A DNA stretch of 25,584 nt. Origin: a virus (Duplodnaviria; Caudoviricetes). The notes below the pieces were generated by a model. It was not told the DNA's origin. It did no database searches and worked only from the letters and a program-made list of their open reading frames with translations. Shown here piece after piece: positions 14,794-23,975 of this stretch. Every line of letters begins with the position of its first letter. Within the stretch, counting starts at the first letter, position 1. The stretch lies in IMG/VR virus record IMGVR_UViG_3300049139_000192, positions 1-25,584 of that record. One strand, 5' to 3'. Both the position numbers and the translations under genes were made by a program.

Positions 14794-17529
14794 TCATAGC
14801 GCGTAGATCGCGGGCTCGAACATGCGCACCTCGGCGCCGGTCGCGTGGCTCTTGACGATGCCGTTCACCGACCGCGTGACCGTCAGGGTCTGCACGGTGC
14901 CCGCCGCGGCGCCGACGGCCGAGACGGTCATCCGCTCGCCGCCGATCATCACGTCGAACCCCGACGCGGCCGTCGACCAGAGCGGCCCGACGGGGGTGGT
15001 GATGTCGACGCCGGTCTCCGTCGAGTCCAACGCCTCGTTGAGCGTGGTGCCGTACGACTCGTAGCGGCCCTGCACGTCGTACACCGCCACCTCGTACGGC
15101 GAGGCGGGCGAGCAGTTGAAAGTGATCGTCTGCTCGTAGTTGCCCAGCTCTTCGCTGTAGCCCTGCACGATCTGGCTGATCGTCTCCGGCGGGAGCTGGC
15201 TCGGCGGGTTCGCTACCGTCACCCGGTCGCCGACCTCGAGTTCGCGGGCATTCTCGGTCAGCGTCGCGTCCCCGGAGAACGAGGGGTGCGCGAGGTTGAT
15301 GGCGAGCTGCGGCACCCTGGCCTCATCTGTGGTGCCGAGGTGCAGCCTCCAGCCCGCCTGGTCGAACAGGTCGAGGTCGTACTCGACGCCGATCGTCTGC
15401 TCGCTGCTGTACCGGCCGACCCCGTCCGGCGGCTCCAACACCGACAGGGCACCGGTCTCCTGCACCGCCCGCGCGCTGCTGCCGCCTTCGCGGGTGGCGG
15501 TGACGTCGTTGGCGATGGCCTGGTCGTCGTCCACCGGCGACGGCACCGCGGCGAGCTCGTGCGCCTCGTAGTCGAGGGCGAGGCGGGCGTCCTGGTTGTA
15601 CAGCGACTCGCGGGTGCGGTAGCCCAGGCCGAGCACCTCCCTGGGCTCGAACAGCATGCCGCCGTCCGCGTCCGCCGCCGACCTCACCAGGTCCATCAGC
15701 GTGGCCGGCAACTGGGCGCCCATCCTGGCCGAGTCGTCGAGGTCGCCGATCGCCCTGAACGCCACACCCTCCTCCGTGCACAGCCGCTGCACGCGGCGGC
15801 CCGCAGTCTCGCCCCGCCACGCGTCGAGCTGCGGCCCCAAGTCGAACAGCGTCGTCACCAGGTTCTGCACGGACAGGTGCCCGATGGCGGTGTCAGCCAG
15901 CCCGCCCGCAGGGTTCACGATCAGCGACCCGACCCGGCCGAACGTGTTCGAGGTGAGCGTGCCCGACGTGGTGAGCCCGCTGCCCGCGCCCGGCTCCAAC
16001 GTGCTGACGGTGTAGTCGATGTCCGCGCCGTCCTGGGTGAGCTCGACGGAGACGAGCAGGAGTTCGCCGTTGACCAGGTACGCCAGGTCGCCGCTATCGA
16101 ACAGCAGGGTGCCGCCGCCGTCGTAGGCGCGCAGGCCGAGCGTGCCGCCGGTGCCGTAGTGGAGTTCCCACCGGCGCACGCTGCCCGTCGTGTACGCGGT
16201 GAGGATCGCCTGGTCGTTACCGTCCCCGGCCGCAGGAACGGCCAGCAGGAACCGCAGCTGAGCGAACCCGGTGTCAGCGTGGGCGGGCGCGCTGCCGCGC
16301 AGCTCCGCGTCGTTCAGGACCGGGATCGGATACGAGGAGGTGAACCCCTCGAACGACGCCAGCGCCGGCGTGCCGGTGATCGTGAGCGGGTCATGGTCCA
16401 GCGCAGGCGCCAGGCTCGTGCTGCCCTCCGCGTCCTCCATCGGCCAGTACGCCACCAGCCCGGCCGTGTCCAGGATCCGACCCCGATACATCGCGCTGCC
16501 GAGCACGCTGCCCGGACGGCCCAGCCGGCGCAGCACGCCCGACGCCTCGACGGGCACGTACACGTCCTGCCCGGTGATGTCCCAGCGCGGCGGCCAGCTC
16601 GACACTTCGCCGTGGAACCGGTAGCGGCGGTTGGAGATGGAGGCGTTGGCCTGCAGCGTCCACGTCTTCGGGCTCGACGACGTGTCCGCGAACGACGACG
16701 CGCCCGCCGTCTGGATCGTGAAGTCGGGGTTCGCCACGACGGTGCCCGCGAGCCCGTTGCGCAGCTCGAACGCGTAGATGCGGCCCGCCGTCGCCCCCTC
16801 CGCGAAGTCGGTGACGTCGCCCACCTCAACCGGCGCCGTCGAGTCGAAAATCGACGTCGTGGACGCGGTCACCACCGGGTCCCCGAGCTGCGTCCACGGG
16901 CCCGAGATCGTGTCCGCCCGGTAGAACGTCACCGTGTTCCCCGACGCCCCGTTGTTGACGTCCAGCGTCGCCCGCAGCGCCTGCCTGCCGTTGGCCGGGT
17001 GGGGCACGTCGACCGTCGTCCACTTCTGGATCGTCGCCGTGCCGTTCGCGCTCCATTCCAGCACCAGCAAGTTCTGGCTCAGGTACAGCGCCCACGACCG
17101 CTGATTGCCCGAGATGCGCCACTTGCCGGCCAGGTCGGCGATCGCATCCCAGTCGTCCAGCGCGACGTCGACACGGACGTCGATATCCCCCGTGATCGAC
17201 ACGGCGGCCGAGTCCGGGCAGGACGCCTCATCGCCAGCACCGCCCGGCAACGCCAGGTAGGTGGGGCCCGCGTCCACCGCCACGCGGATCGGCGTGTTCC
17301 GGCCGAGCTGCCCGAAGTAGGCACCGCCGGGATTCCTGGGCGAGTAGTCGCCAGACCTGTTGTTGAGCGTCAGCGAGAGCGTGGAGGGGACAACCAAGCC
17401 CGCCTCGTCGGCGCGGCCACGAGCGATGTTGACCATGTCGCGGCGGTACACATGACTCGGAATGCTTGTCCAAGCTCCGTCGAGGAAGAGCTCCACGGCC
17501 AGCGGCAGCACCGTCGCGGGGAAAGTCAT
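14794..17529 (-). CDS. Large tail tip/baseplate hub protein with inserted beta-sandwich (lectin/LamG-like) regions
   Basis: Directly downstream of TMP (TGATG); TLNNRSGDYSPRNP and VAYWPMED motifs typical of actinophage minor tail proteins. Confidence 0.8.
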   Translation of the reverse strand: MTFPATVLPLAVELFLDGAWTSIPSHVYRRDMVNIARGRADEAGLVVPSTLSLTLNNRSGDYSPRNPGGAYFGQLGRNTPIRVAVDAGPTYLALPGGAGDEASCPDSAAVSITGDIDVRVDVALDDWDAIADLAGKWRISGNQRSWALYLSQNLLVLEWSANGTATIQKWTTVDVPHPANGRQALRATLDVNNGASGNTVTFYRADTISGPWTQLGDPVVTASTTSIFDSTAPVEVGDVTDFAEGATAGRIYAFELRNGLAGTVVANPDFTIQTAGASSFADTSSSPKTWTLQANASISNRRYRFHGEVSSWPPRWDITGQDVYVPVEASGVLRRLGRPGSVLGSAMYRGRILDTAGLVAYWPMEDAEGSTSLAPALDHDPLTITGTPALASFEGFTSSYPIPVLNDAELRGSAPAHADTGFAQLRFLLAVPAAGDGNDQAILTAYTTGSVRRWELHYGTGGTLGLRAYDGGGTLLFDSGDLAYLVNGELLLVSVELTQDGADIDYTVSTLEPGAGSGLTTSGTLTSNTFGRVGSLIVNPAGGLADTAIGHLSVQNLVTTLFDLGPQLDAWRGETAGRRVQRLCTEEGVAFRAIGDLDDSARMGAQLPATLMDLVRSAADADGGMLFEPREVLGLGYRTRESLYNQDARLALDYEAHELAAVPSPVDDDQAIANDVTATREGGSSARAVQETGALSVLEPPDGVGRYSSEQTIGVEYDLDLFDQAGWRLHLGTTDEARVPQLAINLAHPSFSGDATLTENARELEVGDRVTVANPPSQLPPETISQIVQGYSEELGNYEQTITFNCSPASPYEVAVYDVQGRYESYGTTLNEALDSTETGVDITTPVGPLWSTAASGFDVMIGGERMTVSAVGAAAGTVQTLTVTRSVNGIVKSHATGAEVRMFEPAIYAL

Positions 17530-20183
17530 CACGACCTCCCGAACGCCAGCTGGACGTTACCGCCAGCGGTCACCCGGACGTATTTACGGATCCACCGGGC
17601 CATGAACTGGTCGAACTCGCTCTGCCCGCCCCGAACCTCCCAGGTCACGTTCAGTGGCCCGCCGCCGCCCATCATGGCGGCGGTCTGGCCGGCCGGGGTG
17701 ACCTGCGATCCGAACGGCAACCGGACGAGCTCGGCGCCGCGCTCCCCGACGAGCGTCATGCCACCGGCCGGGCCGCCGCTGGCCTTGGCGTCGAGTTTGG
17801 CGTTGAACGCCTCCGCCTTCTTGTTGTAGGCGAGGTCGCCCTTCTCCTTGGCCAGCACGCTTTTGACCTTGCTGGGCAGGAGACCCCACTTGTCGGCCAG
17901 CTTCGCCGCTTCCTTCGAGGTCATGCCGAACGTCTTGGCCATGGCGATGAACTCGCGCCGCTGCTCCTGCATCTTCGCCACGATCGTCGTGCTTGGCCTG
18001 CCGAGGTCGTGCATGGCGGCTGTCACCTGGTGGGCGGCGTCGGCCAGGTCCATGAGGGCGCTCCGATTTTCGCGCCCCTTCTCCTTCGTGATGTTGAGGG
18101 TTTTGCCGTTCTCCTTCATGCTGGCGCGGACGCGATCCCAGGCTTCCTCGTACGCCATGAACGCGCGGCCCTGGCCCATCACGCCGTCGGTGAACTTGCT
18201 CATGCCCTCACGCAGCCCGATGACCTCGCGCAGCGCCTTGGCCAAGTCCCGCATCGAGTCGGCCAGCCCGCCCGCACCGCCGCCACCGCCCGCGCCGTTC
18301 GCCTGCCGGAACGCCATGCTGATGTTCCCGAACCCGCCGCCCTGCTGCTGCATGGCGCGCGTCTGGCCCGCGCCCGTCACGGACGAGCCGACCGGCAGCC
18401 GCACCAGCTCCGGGCCCTGCTCGCCCACCATGGCCAGCGACGAGCCCGCGCCGGCCACGCCGCCCTGAGCGAACCGGCGCACGCCGTTGCCGCCGATGAT
18501 GCCGCCGTGCGCCCGCCGCCCCGGGATCAGCTCCGACAGGCTCGCGGTGCCGCTGGCGTAGGTGTGCGTCGTCACGTAGTTGGAGCGGATCGTGACGGAC
18601 TTGTCGCGGATGCTGGCCAGCGCCGCTTTCGCCGCCGCGACCTTGCGTTGCAGGTCAGAGATCTCGCCCCGGATCTTCGCCCGCTCCGGGCTGGTCAGCT
18701 TCGGGTCACGCAGCCGGGCCTTCGCCGAGGCGACCTTTCGCTGAAGATCGGAGATGTTCGCCTTGACCTGGGTCGTCACCGCCTCAGGCGTCTTCAGCCA
18801 CGTCTCAGCCAGCCGCTGTGCCTCACCCCGTGTCGCGCCCGCCTGCCGCAACGTCTTGACGAGCTGGCTGCGGTAGCGGCCGTACGTCGCCGCGATGGCG
18901 TCTGTCGACGCGTTCTCGGCCTGCATTGCCGCGACGTGCTCCTGCGCGGCCCGCGCGATGTCGAGGATCGACTCCTTGTTCGCCCGCCCCTTCTCCGTGT
19001 TCACGTCCAGCGTGCGCCCGTTTTTACGGATCGCCTCGCCGGCGGCGTCGATCGCCTCCTCGATCCGGATCTCCGCCTCAGCCGCGTCCAGCGCGGCGCC
19101 GTTCAGCGACTCGAACTCTTCCGCCAGATCGGACAGCCCAGCGGCGGCGTCCCGCGCCGAACCGGCCAGCTCACCGGCGGCCTCCGCCGCCGTCTTTACC
19201 CCGTCCGACTGGGCGGCGGCGGCATCGGCGGCATCCCACGCCTCCCGCTGCTTCCGCATCGCTTCGGTGTTGAGGCCGAGATCGCCCGCGACGCTGTGCA
19301 GCGCCTCACCGATCGTCCGGCCGAAGTCCTGCCCGGCGTCGCTCGCGGCGCCCACGTCGCTGGTGAACTTGTTCCAGTCGTCGGCCAGGAAACTCAGGGC
19401 CTGGGTGGTGGCCTCGACGCTGGTGGCGACGAACTCGAACGCGGAAGCGATGTCGTCGGCGTGCTTCTCAGCGGTCGCACCGAGGTTCGACAGGGACCGC
19501 TCCAGCGCCCCGAAGATCGCCGGAGAGCGGGCGGAGATCGCGTCAAGGACGGCGGAGTAGCCGCGCTCCAGCGGCTCCAGAGCGGGCCCGAGGGATGCGA
19601 CCCCGTCACCGATCGACCGCACGAAACGATCTACGGCGGGCGCGCTGTCGGCGAAGAAGTTCGACAGGAACGGCTTCAGCCGGCTGAAGGTGTTGCGGGT
19701 GACGGTGGCGGCCCGCATCGCGGAGCGTTCCATCGGCTGCGCCGCATCCGCCAAGCCCGCCTTGAGATCCTGGCCGACGCTCCGCCACTCGCGCCGCACC
19801 CGCTCCGACTGGGCGGCCGACACCATGCCGACCGCCGTGATCGCCCCGCCCACGCCCAGCGTGATCGCCCCAGCAGCGGTGCCCGCGCTCGCCGCCACCC
19901 CGACCAGACCAGCGGCAACCGCCCCGTTGATGAGGACGCCCATCCGGGAGAAGGTCGACGTCGTGGACGAGACGAACCCGTCGACAATCTGGCCGCCGCG
20001 CCGCGTCCCGGACTCGATGCCGCCCGAGATGCCGCCGCCCATGTCCTTGCCGCCGTCGGCGCCCGCCTTGCGGAGGGTGGCCTTCGTCTCGGCCGCGAAC
20101 GTCTTCGTCCTGGCCTGGGCGGACGCCATCCCAGGACCGGACCGGTCCTTGGCCGAAATGACGATCTCGACCTCATTCGCCAT
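17529..20183 (-). CDS. Tape measure protein (884 aa)
   Basis: MANEVEIVISAKD start; Ala-rich helical body; follows the tail chaperones; GG...VGE.GPELV motifs. Confidence 0.9.
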   Translation of the reverse strand: MANEVEIVISAKDRSGPGMASAQARTKTFAAETKATLRKAGADGGKDMGGGISGGIESGTRRGGQIVDGFVSSTTSTFSRMGVLINGAVAAGLVGVAASAGTAAGAITLGVGGAITAVGMVSAAQSERVRREWRSVGQDLKAGLADAAQPMERSAMRAATVTRNTFSRLKPFLSNFFADSAPAVDRFVRSIGDGVASLGPALEPLERGYSAVLDAISARSPAIFGALERSLSNLGATAEKHADDIASAFEFVATSVEATTQALSFLADDWNKFTSDVGAASDAGQDFGRTIGEALHSVAGDLGLNTEAMRKQREAWDAADAAAAQSDGVKTAAEAAGELAGSARDAAAGLSDLAEEFESLNGAALDAAEAEIRIEEAIDAAGEAIRKNGRTLDVNTEKGRANKESILDIARAAQEHVAAMQAENASTDAIAATYGRYRSQLVKTLRQAGATRGEAQRLAETWLKTPEAVTTQVKANISDLQRKVASAKARLRDPKLTSPERAKIRGEISDLQRKVAAAKAALASIRDKSVTIRSNYVTTHTYASGTASLSELIPGRRAHGGIIGGNGVRRFAQGGVAGAGSSLAMVGEQGPELVRLPVGSSVTGAGQTRAMQQQGGGFGNISMAFRQANGAGGGGGAGGLADSMRDLAKALREVIGLREGMSKFTDGVMGQGRAFMAYEEAWDRVRASMKENGKTLNITKEKGRENRSALMDLADAAHQVTAAMHDLGRPSTTIVAKMQEQRREFIAMAKTFGMTSKEAAKLADKWGLLPSKVKSVLAKEKGDLAYNKKAEAFNAKLDAKASGGPAGGMTLVGERGAELVRLPFGSQVTPAGQTAAMMGGGGPLNVTWEVRGGQSEFDQFMARWIRKYVRVTAGGNVQLAFGRS

Positions 20184-20412
20184 ACCCTGTCACCCCCTCT
20201 CCCAGGTCAGGCCCCGCCAACTCCTCCAGCCGCAGCAACCGCAGCAGCCCCGCGTCCTCGGCCAGCAGCGCCGACGGCAAACAGCTGAAGCGTTCGCACT
20301 GCTGCAGCAGCCAGCGCGCCCGCGTCAGCTCGCCAGGCTCGGAGACAACGCGTCCATCGGCAGTGACCCCTCCGGGAACGTTCCGCCAGCGGGCGACGGC
20401 TGCTCCAAAGGG
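20173..20412 (-). CDS. -1 frameshift extension of the tail assembly chaperone (G-T type)
   Basis: Slippery C CCT TTG at 20412-20406 opens into the -1 frame ending ...CERFSCLPSALLAED... Confidence 0.7.
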   Translation of the reverse strand, partial: PFGAAVARWRNVPGGVTADGRVVSEPGELTRARWLLQQCERFSCLPSALLAEDAGLLRLLRLEELAGPDLGEGVTGYGE

Positions 20413-20744
20413 GCGGCGACCCCAGCGATTGCTTCGGCCCACTGGTCGAGGACCTCGCGCACGAAGCGGGGGTCCTGGGCCAGGAACTCGGCCGGCGTGC
20501 ACGGCACCGGCGTGCCGTCCTCGTCTTCGAGGTTCCAGCTCACGAGGTACGCGCCGAACTCCAGGAACAAGCCGAGGAACTCCTCGCGGCCCTTCGAGTC
20601 CGACACGTCGATGCCGCCGTCGATAAGCGGCGCGAGGTTGAAGAACGTCTCCATCGACGCCCGCTTGGCGCGGATCTCCAGCCCCGCGAACTCCCCGTCG
20701 GCCCAGGTGAGCTTGAGCGTGCGAGCCCGGACGTAGCCGGTCAC
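20325..20744 (-). CDS. Tail assembly chaperone
   Basis: Between tail tube and TMP; YLVSWNLEDEDGTPVP; GTG start overlapping the mini-ORF stop (GTGA). Confidence 0.8.
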   Translation of the reverse strand: MTGYVRARTLKLTWADGEFAGLEIRAKRASMETFFNLAPLIDGGIDVSDSKGREEFLGLFLEFGAYLVSWNLEDEDGTPVPCTPAEFLAQDPRFVREVLDQWAEAIAGVAAPLEQPSPAGGTFPEGSLPMDALSPSLAS

Positions 20745-20776
20745 GCCGCCGTCCAGGTGGGAATCGAGTCGTTCAT
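20741..20776 (-). CDS. 11-aa mini-ORF MNDSIPTWTAA
   Basis: GAGGAG RBS 5 nt before ATG; TGA overlaps the chaperone GTG; resembles the tail-tube C-terminus LPTWTSA. Confidence 0.45.
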   Translation of the reverse strand: MNDSIPTWTAA

Positions 20777-20827
20777 GGTCACTCCTCTTCCATGTGGGGG
20801 CAGGTTCGGCCGAACCGAACAGCGGCC

Positions 20828-21256
20828 TTATGCCGATGTCCATGTAGGCAAAACGCCGTTAGCGAGCACGCCAGGCGCCTGCCAGGTGAGGCTGCCGTCC
20901 GCCGCGCGGGTGAGCTGGTAGTCGGTGAACAGGAGCGTCACGGCGGGGGTGGTGCCGAGCGTCTGCCCGGACACGGTGATCGTCACCTCGCGCGGGGTGC
21001 TCGTGCTGGGCACCGTCGAGAAGACGGCGTGGGACATGTTCGCGTCGTCGTTGAACACGCCGTTGAGCGTGAGACTCATGTCCGCCAGCAGCAGCAGCCG
21101 CTCCATCGCGTATTTATCGACACCGGTGACGTCCTGCACCGCCCTGGGCGTCGACATCTCGAAGTTCGTGCAGTCGTTGCGGATGTCCCGCAGGGTGCCA
21201 TCCGACTGGGTATCGACCGACATGGCCGTCCAGCCCAATCCCGATTCCTTGGAAAT
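20828..21256 (-). CDS. Major tail (tube) protein with probable ATT start
   Basis: Just upstream of the chaperone; AAGGAGG 9 nt before ATT TCC AAG GAA TCG GGA TTG GGC (MSKESGLG) matches paralogue MPKQSGLG. Confidence 0.78.
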   Translation of the reverse strand: MSKESGLGWTAMSVDTQSDGTLRDIRNDCTNFEMSTPRAVQDVTGVDKYAMERLLLLADMSLTLNGVFNDDANMSHAVFSTVPSTSTPREVTITVSGQTLGTTPAVTLLFTDYQLTRAADGSLTWQAPGVLANGVLPTWTSA

Positions 21257-21258
21257 GG

Positions 21259-21510
21259 CTACTGCCCTCCTTTGCTCTCGGCCTCAGGTGGGGTCCACCC
21301 GATCGCCACCAGCGCCTGCGCGGTCTCCTCCGGCACGGTGACGACCGCCTTGCCCTTCACCCGCACCTCTCCCAACGCCAGATGCAGCGTCAGGCGGCGG
21401 CCGTCCCGATCGGAGTCGATCGTCAGCCCGGTCGTGATGTGCTCGACCGGCTTGCCGTCGAGCAGGATGCTCGGCGCCTTCCCGTCCGGCAGGTGCACCT
21501 CAACGTCCAT
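21259..21510 (-). CDS. Hypothetical phage protein (83 aa)
   Basis: GGAGGG RBS; TGATG coupling. Confidence 0.7.
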   Translation of the reverse strand: MDVEVHLPDGKAPSILLDGKPVEHITTGLTIDSDRDGRRLTLHLALGEVRVKGKAVVTVPEETAQALVAIGWTPPEAESKGGQ

Positions 21511-21728
21511 CAGCCCTCCTCTGCCGCTCTGACCTGGACCTGGATCCCACCGAGCGCGGTCGCGACCGACAGCAGACTCTCCTCGCGGTCGGCGAGCCTC
21601 TCTGTGTAGATCACCGGGCGGTGGCCGGTCCTGATGTCGATCACCACGCGCACGGTGTCGTCATCACACAGGCCCGCCTTCCGCAGCGCGGCCAGCAGTC
21701 GCTCGCTGGCCAGCACGTCGCGCGCCAT
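21510..21728 (-). CDS. Hypothetical phage protein (72 aa)
   Basis: In operon; AAGGGG RBS. Confidence 0.7.
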   Translation of the reverse strand: MARDVLASERLLAALRKAGLCDDDTVRVVIDIRTGHRPVIYTERLADREESLLSVATALGGIQVQVRAAEEG

Positions 21729-21730
21729 CG

Positions 21731-22159
21731 CTACCCCTTCCTCTGCTGCTCAGACAGCCGGTCCTGATGGAGGCTGAAGTCCTCCACCCAGTCCGCCGGC
21801 CGCTGGTGCTGGCGGAGGAGGCCGAGGTTCTGCCGCCAGTCGCCGCCGCGCACCAGGTATGTCTCCGGCCGGGTCTGGTGCTCGGCGAAGCAGCGTTGCC
21901 TGTTGTCGAACCGGAAGACGGTCAGCCCCTCGCTGCGCTGCTCCCGGAACGTGCGGCCGGACTGCTGCCGGATGTACGCCGCCTGCGCCTGCCCGAGCGG
22001 CGTCCCCTCGTCGACCTTGGTTTCCCAGCCGTACAGGTAGGCGGCACACCCGACCTGCTCGCACGCGGCGCGCACGCTCCGGTCAGGCGGGCTGACGATC
22101 CGGAACGTCTGGAACGCCCCCGCAGGCGCTGACGGGATGATGCGGGTGATCGGCCTCAC
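21731..22159 (-). CDS. Hypothetical phage tail-region protein (142 aa)
   Basis: GTGA overlap; GGAGG RBS; CEQVGC...CFAEH. Confidence 0.75.
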   Translation of the reverse strand: MRPITRIIPSAPAGAFQTFRIVSPPDRSVRAACEQVGCAAYLYGWETKVDEGTPLGQAQAAYIRQQSGRTFREQRSEGLTVFRFDNRQRCFAEHQTRPETYLVRGGDWRQNLGLLRQHQRPADWVEDFSLHQDRLSEQQRKG

Positions 22160-22476
22160 TGCTGCCTCCCTCTCGGCGGGACCGGCCCGCGCGGATCCGT
22201 AGGGTCACGCGGGCCACGCGGCGGCTTCGGTGCCGGACCGACCCTGACCGGCTCCTTCGGCGGCGGACCGTCCGGCCTGGGCAGCTCAAGAGACGACTGC
22301 TCCAGGCGGAGGAACCCCGGCCTGGTGTCGGCCAGGATCAGCCCCTTGATCCCGGCGATGTAGGCGGCGCCCTGCTCGTCCCACGCCTCGACGGGCAGGG
22401 CGACGATCATCTCGTCGTCGTCCGGCAGCGTGTACAGGGCGACGGTTCTCGTCGTGCACGCGGTGAAGGTCGCCAT
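22156..22476 (-). CDS. Hypothetical protein with Pro-rich tail (106 aa)
   Basis: TGATG coupling in operon. Confidence 0.65.
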   Translation of the reverse strand: MATFTACTTRTVALYTLPDDDEMIVALPVEAWDEQGAAYIAGIKGLILADTRPGFLRLEQSSLELPRPDGPPPKEPVRVGPAPKPPRGPRDPTDPRGPVPPRGRQQ

Positions 22477-23231
22477 CAGAACACCGTCTCGGCCAGGTTG
22501 CGGGTCACGACCACCAGGAAGGACAGCTCGGAGAAGCCCTCCGTCGTGGTCGTCGCCACCCGCAGGTACCGCTCCACGGCGAGAGCCCGGCCCGTCTCGA
22601 TCCGCTCACTGAACGGGGCCGCTGTCACCTGCGTGAACGCGCCCCCCACCACCGCCGCGAAGTTGTCCGCATCGTCGTCATCGCTGGACTCCTGCAACGT
22701 GATCGTCACGTCATCGCCGGTGAACGACAGGACGTGCAGCCACGCCTGAAGGCCGAACAGGGACGACGCGCCGGCGTCGAGGCTGGCCGTCTCGTCCGCC
22801 TCCGTGTGCGTGGCGATCCCGTCGGTGAGCTGCTGCCCCCACTCCAGGCCGTAGCCGTCGGCGAGGGCCTGCACGGCGATGGTCAGCGACCCGTCCGCCG
22901 CCCGGGTCGGGTCGTAGTTGATCTGCCGCCCGACGAGGCACGCCGCTGGGCTGCCCTGGCCGAGACCTCGCCCGTAGGTGGCGATCCGGTTCGTCAGCGG
23001 CAGCGTCGACAGGACCTCGTGCGCCGCACCCTCGGCCGGGTTGAAGAACGACGTCCACTCCAGCGCGCCGTCGCGAAGCAGCCCGACCCGCTCCATCGCC
23101 TCCCGGTTGATGCCCGTCACGTCCTGCGTCCCGGTCGGGCCGCCGCCGATCCGGCCCAGCGCGCCGACGTCCCCGGACAGGTCGTAGCCGTCCAAAAAGA
23201 ACGCGTCACCAAGGCCGCTCTGCTTAGGCAT
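22476..23231 (-). CDS. Tail-tube paralogue with extra C-terminal domain (251 aa)
   Basis: Shares QDVTG...AMER, FN...H.V.ST.P and TRAADGSLT with 20828-21256; GGAGG RBS. Confidence 0.78.
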   Translation of the reverse strand: MPKQSGLGDAFFLDGYDLSGDVGALGRIGGGPTGTQDVTGINREAMERVGLLRDGALEWTSFFNPAEGAAHEVLSTLPLTNRIATYGRGLGQGSPAACLVGRQINYDPTRAADGSLTIAVQALADGYGLEWGQQLTDGIATHTEADETASLDAGASSLFGLQAWLHVLSFTGDDVTITLQESSDDDDADNFAAVVGGAFTQVTAAPFSERIETGRALAVERYLRVATTTTEGFSELSFLVVVTRNLAETVF

Positions 23232-23520
23232 GGTCGGCCACCTCCTCCACGGGCACGAGCGGCCCGTTCGACGGACCCTTGTTGACGTGCGTGGCCAGGT
23301 GCTTCACGTCCGCGCGCGGATCGCCGCGCAGCGTCTCGTACGCCTGCATGGCGGCCGCGATCCACTCGGGCGGCACCTCGTTGAGATAGACGCCGTCGTA
23401 CACCTTCACGCCGCGGCGAGAGGCAGACAGCACCGGCCGGTGCATCTCGGCGGCGGACATGCCGCGATACCAGCGGACAGCGGTGCCGTCCATGACGGTC
23501 GCCGTCACAGTCACGATCAT
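23224..23520 (-). CDS. Hypothetical protein (98 aa)
   Basis: ATGA overlap with upstream gene; in operon. Confidence 0.6.
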   Translation of the reverse strand: MIVTVTATVMDGTAVRWYRGMSAAEMHRPVLSASRRGVKVYDGVYLNEVPPEWIAAAMQAYETLRGDPRADVKHLATHVNKGPSNGPLVPVEEVADHA

Positions 23521-23975
23521 GGAACCTGCTCCCATACATCCGAGACGATCACGGGGACGATCACGTCCATGACCCGGTACGTCTTGCGGTCCTGCTCCAG
23601 GTAGCCCGCCCTGGCACTGAGCGCGCCCCCGGCCATCCCGAGCAAGTCGACGTTGCGCACCAGCCCACCGAGGGTGAAGTCTCCCGAGTAGGCCGCCAGC
23701 AGCACGTCCACGGCGCCCATCATGTGCGGGTCAATCATGTCCCTGGGCTGGGCGTCGGCATTGCCTCGGATGCGGATATTCCACACCACCCGGGCACTCG
23801 TGGCGTGCAGCCCCGACCCGGCAGGGACAGGCGCGATCGAATCGGCCCACACCTCCGCGTGCAGGCCATGGCCCGGCGGGGAGACGACCTCGTGGGCGTT
23901 GACCGTCTCGAAGATCCCGAGCCTCATGGCGTGGCTCACGAGGGCGTCGAGGATCGCTGAGGTGTTGAGGCTCAT
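23517..23975 (-). CDS. Putative tail terminator/completion protein
   Basis: ATG 23975 with GGAGG RBS; AYSGDFTLGGLVRNVDLLG; position after the neck gene. Confidence 0.72.
   Translation of the reverse strand: MSLNTSAILDALVSHAMRLGIFETVNAHEVVSPPGHGLHAEVWADSIAPVPAGSGLHATSARVVWNIRIRGNADAQPRDMIDPHMMGAVDVLLAAYSGDFTLGGLVRNVDLLGMAGGALSARAGYLEQDRKTYRVMDVIVPVIVSDVWEQVP

Noticed and set aside
14845-20288. Very long plus-strand ORFs (994 aa and 940 aa), and similar ones at 598-1875 and 3354-5033 on the minus strand
   Set aside because: Antisense shadows of real GC3-biased genes; Arg/Gly/Pro-rich and without RBS or recognisable motifs.
20745-20843. Chaperone start at ATG 20843
   Set aside because: Lies inside the tube gene without an SD and the extension looks non-coding; GTG 20744 is preferred, though not proven.
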